From contig NQJD01000002.1 of assembly GCA_004284765.1 (NCBI GenBank), positions 180,001-212,000 on the forward strand: a stretch of DNA of 32,000 nt. The letters run 5' to 3'. Positions 1 to 6,875 of the stretch are shown here, piece after piece. The DNA is from Candidatus Electronema aureum (GTDB lineage Bacteria > Desulfobacterota > Desulfobulbia > Desulfobulbales > Desulfobulbaceae). The position numbers and the translations under genes are program-made. A model generated the notes under the pieces. That model ran no database searches and was not told the DNA's origin. It saw only the letters and a program-made list of their open reading frames with translations. Positions within the stretch are counted from its first letter, which is position 1; each line of letters begins with the position of its first letter.

Positions 1-1
1 G

Positions 2-736
2 CCTTCGCGTCGCCCGACTGACGGACGCTACGGGGAGAACCCTAACCGCCTCCAGCACTATTATCAATATCAGGTAGTGATCAAGCCCTCGCTGCGCAAC
101 ATTCAGGAGCTGTATCTCGGCAGCCTGCGGGAATTCGGCCTCAACCTGCTGGAGCATGACATCCGCTTTGTCGAGGACGACTGGGAATCGCCCACGTTGG
201 GCGCGTCTGGCCTCGGCTGGGAAGTCTGGTTAGACGGCATGGAAGTGACGCAATTTACCTATTTCCAGCAGGCTGGCTCGCTGGAGTTGTATCCGGTGAC
301 GGTGGAAATCACCTATGGTTTAGAGCGACTGGCGATGTATCTTCAGAAAAAGGAATCAGTTTACGACATCCAATGGAATCGCGATGTGACGTATGGCCAG
401 ATATTCCTTCAGGCGGAGCGTGAATTTTCGGCTTTCAACTTTGAAGAGGCGAATGTTGCTGATCTGATCGCCAACTTCAACAACTACGAGCGCGATGCCC
501 TCAAGCTGGTGGAAAAAAATCTGATTCTTCCTGCTTACGATTATTGCCTCAAATGCTCGCACAGCTTTAACCTGCTCGATGCCCGCAAGGCAATCAGCGT
601 GGCCGAGCGGACGCGCTACATCGGGCGGATTCGCAACATTGCCCGCCAAGTGGCCCAACATTATGTAGCCCAGCGCGAGGCAATGGGGTATCCGCTACTG
701 GCCGAGCGGCAGGCAGTGATGGCGGAAGCTGCGTAA
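2..736 (+). CDS. glyQ: glycine--tRNA ligase alpha subunit, 5'-truncated by the window edge
   Basis: The frame is open from nt 2 and reads [30 protein letters not shown]..., the conserved GlyQ core. Track ORF 77..736 is only the part downstream of an internal GTG. TAA at 734-736. Confidence 0.95.
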   Translation, partial: PSRRPTDGRYGENPNRLQHYYQYQVVIKPSLRNIQELYLGSLREFGLNLLEHDIRFVEDDWESPTLGASGLGWEVWLDGMEVTQFTYFQQAGSLELYPVTVEITYGLERLAMYLQKKESVYDIQWNRDVTYGQIFLQAEREFSAFNFEEANVADLIANFNNYERDALKLVEKNLILPAYDYCLKCSHSFNLLDARKAISVAERTRYIGRIRNIARQVAQHYVAQREAMGYPLLAERQAVMAEAA

Positions 737-746
737 TCCCGGCGCA

Positions 747-795
747 CAGAACAGATGCCGTAGGCGACGCGGCATTTGTTCTGATTCTTGTTTTG
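747..795 (+). terminator. rho-independent terminator after glyQ
   Basis: A 14-bp stem (cagaacagatgccg / cggcatttgttctg, one G-U) with a 9-nt loop is followed by the T-rich attcttgttttg. Confidence 0.7.
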
Positions 796-815
796 TCTCA
801 AAGAGGGAGGACTGC

Positions 816-2921
816 ATGGAGTGGTGCAAACAGCTTCTTGACGGATTGAGGTCTCTGTTGACTCGTCCAGATGTGGTTTGGAGCGGCATTGGAACCAGTT
901 TCCTTGTTGCTGCACTTACCTGGTTTTTCACTCGTCTCCGCAAACCAAACACCGCTTCCATCCAGCACGATGCCAGCGACTGGCTGGTCAAGAACCGGCG
1001 CAAATTCCTTGGTCGCTTTCAAAGAGAGCTGAAAGACCGTCGCCAGTCTTTCCTGCTTGGGCATACCGCGCTGGAGTTAGACAAAAACTTGGCTCCGAAC
1101 CAAGTGAGCCGACCTTATTCTTTTCAGGACAGGACAGATTGCATCTGGGAGCGGGACGGCGTGACCATCGCGACCACAGATCAGCCCATTGTCGATCTCT
1201 TTTGCCGTCCCGATGTGGGCGGGCAGTTAGTCATTTTGGGCAAGCCGGGCAGCGGCAAGACCGTCTGCCTGCTCACGCTGCTTGAGCATCTGCTGCAAAC
1301 AGCGCAGGACAATGACGCGGCCCCGCTGCCTGTGGTCTTTGAATGCTCGGAATGGGACGGGCGCGAGCTTTCCCTGTGGATGGCTGCGCAGCTGCATCGC
1401 AAATACCATTTCCCAGAGGACATGGCCCGCCATCTGGTGCAGGCGCATGACATCCTGCCCCTGCTCGACGGCTTGGATGAGCTGGCAACGGAAAAGCAGG
1501 GAAGTTTTGTCAGCCAGTTCAATCTCTTCGCCGACAACCGCCCCTTGGTGCTCTGCTGTCGGCTTGAAGAATACCGCCAACTTCGGGAAAGCGCAGGGCA
1601 GAAGCTGGCCCTCAGGAATGCAGCGATCCTTCAGGATATTACTCCGCAGCGGCTCAAGGGGCATCTGCTGCGGACAGGGCTGGAGGATATCTGGACCGTG
1701 CTTGAGCAGTCCCGGATTGAGGCCGGGCAGCAGCAGAGCCTGCTGGAATTGGCTCAAAGGCCCCTGTTTCTGGGCGTGATGATCGAGGTGGCCCAAGATT
1801 TGCGCCAAGGTTCAGGGCGGCAGCCGGGTGAGACTTGGGAGGACTTCCTTTGGCGGAACTATCTCGACAAGCGGCTGAATGTGTCCCCGCCCGCGCACGG
1901 CAAGAAATACAGCCAGCAGCAGTCCCTGCACTGGCTGCGCTGCTTGGCAAAGTGGATGCAGGCGGAGCAGAAAGTGGAATTGTGGATAGATGAACTTCAG
2001 CCGAGTATGCTGAAGGGCTATTGGCGGTTTGGGCTGCTTTATGGGCTGTTTGTCGGCTTGACTGTGGGGCTGATGGGGTGGCTGTTCGCAACGCCGGTGC
2101 TCGCAGCGTCGGTCGGGCTGGCTGGGTGGCTGCTCATCGGCCTGCCCGGTGTCCTGCCGTGGCAATGGGCAGTCAAAATTATCGCAGGTCTGGCTTGGGG
2201 AGTATTCGGCTGGCTGGCAAAGGGGCCGGTGGTCGGCCTGTTTTGCGGGCTGCTCGTCATGGTGGTAGCAGATAACGACCGCATCAGGATTGAAGCACTC
2301 CGCCCGCTCCGGCTTCCAGCTTCATGGCGAGATGGGAAGATATTCAGCGCAATGCTGGCGCTCTGGCTGTTTTTCAGTCTGGCTTTCGGCCTACTTGTTG
2401 GGCTGGTGCTTGAATTCGTTCAAGCGGGAAAAATCACGCCTAGGGCATCGATGGCTCACTGTTTGGTTGTCGGGCTGTTTGCAGGCTTGCTGGTAGGGCT
2501 TGCTGACGGCTTAAAGGCAGTTGCCGGGCCGCTCAACGAAACAGCTCATCCCCAGCAGCGGCTGAAGGATGCCCTGCGCAGCAGTCTGCTGCTTTTCCCG
2601 CTCTTTGTTCTTGCGGCTTTGCTGCTCTTTGTCCAAGTCCTGTTCTCATCGGAACAGCTGGGAATTGCTTTCAGGCCTTTGTTCAAGATGCAGAATTTTT
2701 ATTTGTTCTTGTTTGCAGCAGCAATCGGCAGCTTTATTGTCCTCGGCACCAATCAGGTGCTTCAGCATTACCTGCTACGCCTCTGTCTGCGCTGGGAAGG
2801 GCAGCTGCCCCTGCGCTTTGTGTCTTGGCTGGAGGCCATGCAGCAGCGCAAAGTCTTACAGCAGGTGGGCGGCAGCTACCATTTCCTGCACAAGCAGCTT
2901 CAGGAATATCTGGCAAGATAG
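816..2921 (+). CDS. NACHT-like STAND P-loop NTPase with an N-terminal TM helix and a block of about 8 TM helices
   Basis: GGAGG lies 6-10 nt upstream of the ATG. Walker A is GKPGSGKT (nt 1239-1262) and Walker B is LLDGLDE (nt 1461-1481). A NACHT-type terminal motif, YHFLHKQLQEYLA, sits at the C-terminus. Hydrophobic Gly/Leu/Trp-rich helices span aa ~403-655 (nt ~2020-2780). Confidence 0.8.
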   Translation: MEWCKQLLDGLRSLLTRPDVVWSGIGTSFLVAALTWFFTRLRKPNTASIQHDASDWLVKNRRKFLGRFQRELKDRRQSFLLGHTALELDKNLAPNQVSRPYSFQDRTDCIWERDGVTIATTDQPIVDLFCRPDVGGQLVILGKPGSGKTVCLLTLLEHLLQTAQDNDAAPLPVVFECSEWDGRELSLWMAAQLHRKYHFPEDMARHLVQAHDILPLLDGLDELATEKQGSFVSQFNLFADNRPLVLCCRLEEYRQLRESAGQKLALRNAAILQDITPQRLKGHLLRTGLEDIWTVLEQSRIEAGQQQSLLELAQRPLFLGVMIEVAQDLRQGSGRQPGETWEDFLWRNYLDKRLNVSPPAHGKKYSQQQSLHWLRCLAKWMQAEQKVELWIDELQPSMLKGYWRFGLLYGLFVGLTVGLMGWLFATPVLAASVGLAGWLLIGLPGVLPWQWAVKIIAGLAWGVFGWLAKGPVVGLFCGLLVMVVADNDRIRIEALRPLRLPASWRDGKIFSAMLALWLFFSLAFGLLVGLVLEFVQAGKITPRASMAHCLVVGLFAGLLVGLADGLKAVAGPLNETAHPQQRLKDALRSSLLLFPLFVLAALLLFVQVLFSSEQLGIAFRPLFKMQNFYLFLFAAAIGSFIVLGTNQVLQHYLLRLCLRWEGQLPLRFVSWLEAMQQRKVLQQVGGSYHFLHKQLQEYLAR

Positions 2922-2958
2922 CAGGCCACCCGCGCCACCGCTACAGCACCGCAGTGAC

Positions 2959-3033
2959 ATGTAGCCCAGCGCGAGGCGATGTGGCCGCTGCTGGCCGAGC
3001 GGCAGATGAGATGATGGCAGAGGCGGCTTTTAA
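2959..3033 (+). pseudogene. degenerate duplicate of the glyQ 3' end (relic)
   Basis: It aligns to 663-736. The first 19 nt (atgtagcccagcgcgaggc) and a 15-nt block (ctggccgagcggcag) are identical. It encodes VAQREAMWPLLAERQMR* versus genuine Gly[24 protein letters not shown], with indels and a premature stop. Confidence 0.85.
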
Positions 3034-3043
3034 CTCGTCAGAA

Positions 3044-4120
3044 TTACGAGCAGGCGGGTGGACTTGCGGCAAAAGAAAAGCTCATCATTCGATTGATTGA
3101 TTCCACTGCCCGAACTCGGATGCTTTCCTCAACGTGAATCTCGTTGCTGCCATCATTGAGCACGGTGAGCAGGTTTTTGAGTCCATTCATCGCCATCCAC
3201 GGGCAACGGCTGCATGATTCGCAAGTAGCACCTTCCCCTTCTTTTGGAGCTTCCAGAAAGAGCTTGTCCGGCATAGCCTGCCGCATTTTGTAGAATATGC
3301 CTGGCTCAGTGGCGACAATGAAGACTGATGCTTTGCTATTCTTAGCCGCATTGAGCAAATTTGTGGTCGAGCCGACATAATTTGCCAGCTTAATGATGTC
3401 CATCGGCGATTCTGGATGCACTAACACTTCCGCCTGTGGATATCGTTCTTTTAGCCTGATCAATGCACTGGCCTTGAATTTCTCGTGGACAATACACGAG
3501 CCAGGCCAAAGCAGCATGTCCGCTCCCGTTTCCCGCTGAATATAATCGCCGAGAAATCTGTCCGGTGCCCACAGTATCTTCCGGCCTTCTTGTTTCAAAT
3601 GAGAGACGATTTTCAGCGCATTGCTGGATGTCACCACCCAGTCCGCCTCTGCTTTCACCGCCGCACTGGTATTGGCGTACACTACTGCGGTTCGATCTGG
3701 ATATTTATTTCGCACTTCTCGGAACAATTCTGCTGGGCAGTTCAAATCAAGCGAACACTCCGCCCGCAAGGACGGCATCAGCACTCGCTTTTCAGGGCTT
3801 AATATTTTGGCCGTCTCGCCCATAAAACGGACACCAGCGACAATCAAAGTCTGCGCAGAGTGATCCCGTCCAACGCGGGCCATTTCAAGCGAATCTGCCA
3901 CACAGCCGCCCGTGCTTTCCGCAAGCTCTTGGATGTCATCGGCGGTGTAGTAATGCGCAATCAGCACTGCATTTCTTTTTTGCAAAAGTGCTCTGATTTC
4001 TGCAACGAGCCGCGCTTTCTCATCCTCCTGAAAGAGGGCTGAGGCCTCCAGCGCATCTCTCTGCGCCTGCTCAATAGCAGCGGAATTCACTTTGGGATAA
4101 TCAACGTCAAGAGTGTTCAT
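3044..4120 (-). CDS. nadA: quinolinate synthase
   Basis: 358 aa with E. coli-type NadA motifs: [45 protein letters not shown]. Confidence 0.93.
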   Translation of the reverse strand: MNTLDVDYPKVNSAAIEQAQRDALEASALFQEDEKARLVAEIRALLQKRNAVLIAHYYTADDIQELAESTGGCVADSLEMARVGRDHSAQTLIVAGVRFMGETAKILSPEKRVLMPSLRAECSLDLNCPAELFREVRNKYPDRTAVVYANTSAAVKAEADWVVTSSNALKIVSHLKQEGRKILWAPDRFLGDYIQRETGADMLLWPGSCIVHEKFKASALIRLKERYPQAEVLVHPESPMDIIKLANYVGSTTNLLNAAKNSKASVFIVATEPGIFYKMRQAMPDKLFLEAPKEGEGATCESCSRCPWMAMNGLKNLLTVLNDGSNEIHVEESIRVRAVESINRMMSFSFAASPPACS

Positions 4121-4206
4121 TTACATTTTTATTGCTGCGAAGTTATGAACTGCTTGGCAAGCCTGTTCTGATCGGAATATCAAACCAGTTTTTCAGCGCA
4201 AAGACA

Positions 4207-4241
4207 ACAAAAAAGCCCCTGCCGTAAAGAGCAGAGGCTTT
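4207..4241 (-). terminator. rho-independent terminator after the HPF-CSD gene
   Basis: The minus strand reads aaagcctctgc-tctttac-ggcaggggcttt followed by tttttgttg. Confidence 0.7.
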
Positions 4242-4262
4242 CATTTTTTACTCAAGAAAAGA

Positions 4263-4805
4263 TTAGGCTGCTACTTTCACCCAAGCGGCCTGGAGACCTT
4301 TCTCGCCTTCCTCCAGAGCCAAGCTAACTGCTGCGCCTTCTGCAAGGTCGTTCATGCTCATATCCTTGAGAGCTTTGGCATGAAAGAAAACCTCCTGATT
4401 ATCCAGCGTCATGATGAAGCCGTACTCGTCAAAGACGCGCTGCACTGTACCGCGCGTATCGCCGCCGGGTGCGCCGCCTAAGACTTTGACGCTGGCCTCA
4501 TGCTTGTGGTTGTGTTTCTTCCTGACTATATCTTTGAGCTGTAGGCCGAGAACGTCGAAGGTCTCGACCAGCAGGGCGTGTACTTTCTCACCCCAGCGCT
4601 TGACGACCACCGTGTCATTGGGTACCGATGCCACTAAACTGACCTCATATCCGCCTTCTTTATAGCCGGGAGTGGCCTCGATGCTAACCCGCAGGTGAAG
4701 AACAAGATTTGCGTAATGCCGGATCAGTTTCTCGCGTTCTTCTTCGATTTTCTCCTGCCAGCCGGCGCGCATGTCAAGATTTCTGGTCTCAACTTTCAGA
4801 TCCAT
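4263..4805 (-). CDS. HPF/RaiA (S30AE) ribosome-associated protein fused to a C-terminal cold-shock-like domain
   Basis: The N-terminal ~100 aa follow the S30AE pattern (MDLKVETRNLDM...EVSLVASVP...QLKDIVRKKHNHKH). The C-terminus GTVQRVFDEYGFIMTLDNQEVFFHAKAL...GLQAAWVKV resembles a cold-shock domain. GGAGGA RBS. Confidence 0.7.
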   Translation of the reverse strand: MDLKVETRNLDMRAGWQEKIEEEREKLIRHYANLVLHLRVSIEATPGYKEGGYEVSLVASVPNDTVVVKRWGEKVHALLVETFDVLGLQLKDIVRKKHNHKHEASVKVLGGAPGGDTRGTVQRVFDEYGFIMTLDNQEVFFHAKALKDMSMNDLAEGAAVSLALEEGEKGLQAAWVKVAA

Positions 4806-5137
4806 ATTTCCTCCAAGTTTTCAGCGTCAGCGACCCCATGCCGCTGCCTTGTTGTGCAGCAGACTGCTGCCTCAGTGTGTCGTATTCATGACGATGCCCT
4901 CCTGATGTCTTAGCAGAGGAATGCAGAATCTGCGGAAAGGACGGAACAGGAAAGGATTGCGCGGCACTAACAGGAACAAGCGCGGTGCTCGCAGTGAAAG
5001 TCAGTCTTACCATAGAGTTATTATAGACATTGAACTGCGAATAGACAAGCCTTAAAAATGACATTTCCTTGACGGCAACAGCGAAATCCGTGTAGGCTTT
5101 TTATAGGAGCGATTCTCAAAAAATAAAGGGAGGAGAA

Positions 5138-6094
5138 ATGAGTAAAAAAATCGGAGTACTGCTGCTGAACATGGGCGGGCCGGAAAAGCAGGAAGATGTC
5201 CTTCCTTTTCTTTACAATCTTTTTTCTGACCGGCAGATCATTCGCCTTGGCCCGGCCTTCCTTCAGAAGCCGTTGGCAGCCCTAATTGCCCGGCGGCGTG
5301 CGCCCAAGAGTCGGGAGAATTACCAAAAAATCGGAGGCGGCTCGCCAATCAGCGCAATGACGGCTCAACAGGCTGAGGCAGTAGAACACGCTTTAGCCAC
5401 TGACGGTAATTTTCTTGTCCGCCCCTGTATGCGCTACTGGCATCCCTTTGCTGCTGCCTCGCTAATGGAGATGTCGGCTGCCGAGGTGACAGAACTCATT
5501 GCCCTGCCGTTGTATCCTCATTATTGCCAGGCCACCAGTGGCTCTTCGCTCCATGATCTGCGCGAACAGAACCGGAAGTTGGGCTTAAATTTGCCTATCC
5601 GAGAAATTCGCTCCTGGCCAACCGAACCAGACTACATCGCCAGTCTCGCGGCCAGAGTGCAAGAAGGACTAGCCCAATTTGGCAACGAAACAGTACAGGT
5701 CGTCTATAGTGCACACAGTCTACCGAAGAAATTCATTGCTGAAGGCGATCCTTATCTGGACGAAATTCGCCAAACTATGGCCGCGTTAGAGCAACAGACC
5801 GGCAAGCAAGGCCAACTCTGTTTCCAGAGTCGCAGCGGCCCGGTGCAGTGGCTGGAACCTTCGACTGAAGACATGCTGATTCAGCTCGCTGTTAAAGGCT
5901 GCAAGAACATCCTCATGGTGCCAATCTCCTTTGTCTCTGATCACATTGAGACGCTCTACGAGATTGACATGCTCTACAAAGGCCGGGCGAAGGAGCTGGG
6001 AATGCGGTTAGAATCGACCAGAGGCTTGAATGATGATCCGCAGTTTATCAGCGCGTTAAGGAACTTGGTACTGGAGCATATTCACAGATCATGA
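5138..6094 (+). CDS. hemH: ferrochelatase
   Basis: 318 aa. The N-terminus GVLLLNMGGPEKQEDVLPFLYNLFSD and the C-terminal VPISFVSDHIETLYEID are hallmark HemH motifs. Strong GGGAGGAG RBS. Confidence 0.93.
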   Translation: MSKKIGVLLLNMGGPEKQEDVLPFLYNLFSDRQIIRLGPAFLQKPLAALIARRRAPKSRENYQKIGGGSPISAMTAQQAEAVEHALATDGNFLVRPCMRYWHPFAAASLMEMSAAEVTELIALPLYPHYCQATSGSSLHDLREQNRKLGLNLPIREIRSWPTEPDYIASLAARVQEGLAQFGNETVQVVYSAHSLPKKFIAEGDPYLDEIRQTMAALEQQTGKQGQLCFQSRSGPVQWLEPSTEDMLIQLAVKGCKNILMVPISFVSDHIETLYEIDMLYKGRAKELGMRLESTRGLNDDPQFISALRNLVLEHIHRS

Positions 6095-6118
6095 GCTTGA
6101 GGTCTTGCTCAACGACAT

Positions 6119-6159
6119 GGAGTAAGTATCCACCGGCAAAGCCGGTGGCTTTACGATTG
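6119..6159. repeat. short hairpin motif, copy 1 (CCACCGGC-AAA-GCCGGTGG followed by CTTTACGATTG)
   Basis: 8-bp stem with a 3-nt loop. It is related to 6308-6343, with one compensatory base-pair change. Confidence 0.6.
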
Positions 6160-6190
6160 CGGCCCCCTCAAAGGGGGCTGACCGCAATCG
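6154..6190. other. nested stem-loop (cgattgcgg[ccccc-tcaaa-ggggg]ctga-ccgcaatcg)
   Basis: A 9-bp outer stem and a 5-bp inner stem are read directly from the sequence. Function unknown. Confidence 0.5.
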
Positions 6191-6307
6191 GTTAACAACA
6201 GCTCATCCCAAGCATTGAAGGTGGTTCAATATTCTGAGGCAAAAACTGTAACATGTAGAACACCAAACATATTTTTTAATGTCATACTCCCTGAACTGTC
6301 AAACTTT

Positions 6308-6343
6308 GGGAGTCCCCCGGCAGAGCCGGGGGTTTACCCATTG
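6308..6343. repeat. short hairpin motif, copy 2 (CCCCCGGC-AGA-GCCGGGGG followed by TTTACCCATTG)
   Basis: Same architecture and flanks (GGAGT...TTTAC..ATTG) as 6119-6159. The A-T pair in copy 1 is replaced by C-G. Confidence 0.6.
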
Positions 6344-6411
6344 AAATTAATTTTGTCACGATGTTGTGGACTGACGGTGAACGACATATTCCTGTAGACT
6401 GCCGTATCTAT

Positions 6412-6531
6412 TAGGAGTTACACAGTTGAAACGAGAAGTTTAACCATTACAGCAAGTTGTATTTTTGCCACATAAATCATCAGTTGAATAAAATCAACTG
6501 ATTGGCAATCGAACTGCGTAACTCACTCCTA
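6412..6531. mobile_element. MITE-like element, diverged copy A (120 bp)
   Basis: TIRs are TAGGAGTTACACAGTT ... AACTGCGTAA[CTCA]CTCCTA. By eye, most positions match copies B and C. There is no matching flanking duplication (TCTAT / AGTAA). Confidence 0.65.
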
Positions 6532-6875
6532 AGTAAAATAAATGTCATTTTTTTTGCAAAGCTATCCCATCCCAAAAAACACATTTTTTTACATGCAAAA
6601 TTGTGACACTTCCTCTTGCGGCTGAAGTTGACCTCAGCAAACTGTCACCTCCTGTCTCCACGCCCATATTTATTCACTGAAATTTAAAGACATCTTGCTG
6701 CGCAACTGCGCAGTTCCGTGCCATCACAGCCAAAACAGCAAACGCCAAAGCAGACATCCGCCTGCCCAGCTCAGATCGGGATGGCTTTTTTGCTTGATTT
6801 GCATGGAAAATTTTAGGAGAATAGGCTCCAAACAGGCCCTGATTTTCTCTTCCAACCAGCAGCCCCCATTCTCTC

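Noticed and set aside
2936-2958. Just upstream of the relic copy, CCGCTAC...GCAGTGA echoes CCGCTAC...GCAGTGA near the end of genuine glyQ. This hints at a further partial repeat.
   Set aside because: Only two 7-mers match, with different spacing (5 versus 15 nt). The match is too short to separate from chance without a statistical alignment.
1-3043. glyQ is not followed by glyS, so the insertion might have displaced glyS.
   Set aside because: The relic glyQ 3' end abuts the nadA stop directly, so glyS was not adjacent even before the insertion. Separate glyQ and glyS loci occur in some bacteria. This cannot be assessed further from the window.
4806-5137. Looked for a sigma-54 or sigma-70 promoter and for small ORFs between the HPF-CSD gene and hemH. 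Track ORF 4789..5064 (91 aa) lies here.
   Set aside because: There are only weak GG-N10-GC and TTGACG matches with poor -12/-10 elements. The 91-aa ORF lacks an RBS and any motifs. Nothing here can be supported.
6154-6200. The nested hairpin followed by GTTAACA looked superficially like an integron attC site (imperfect palindrome with a bulged base and a GTTRRRY core).
   Set aside because: The core does not fit GTTRRRY (C at a purine position). There is no matching RYYYAAC partner, no intI gene and no cassette array in the window. The second hairpin unit is unrelated to attC.
6215-6397. A 60-aa ORF in the hemH-M16 intergenic region, and 75-aa ORFs at 6674..6901 and 6695..6922.
   Set aside because: They have no RBS and an odd composition, and they run through the hairpin repeat (PPAEPGV is encoded by the stem-loop). 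They are most likely non-coding.
6704-6715. The 12-bp palindrome AACTGCGCAGTT equals the inner tips of the MITE TIRs joined head to head. Possible excision footprint or solo TIR.
   Set aside because: The outer TIR sequence (GTAACTCCTA / TAGGAGTTAC) is absent from the flanks. A 12-mer palindrome of this composition could arise by chance. It is not enough to call.
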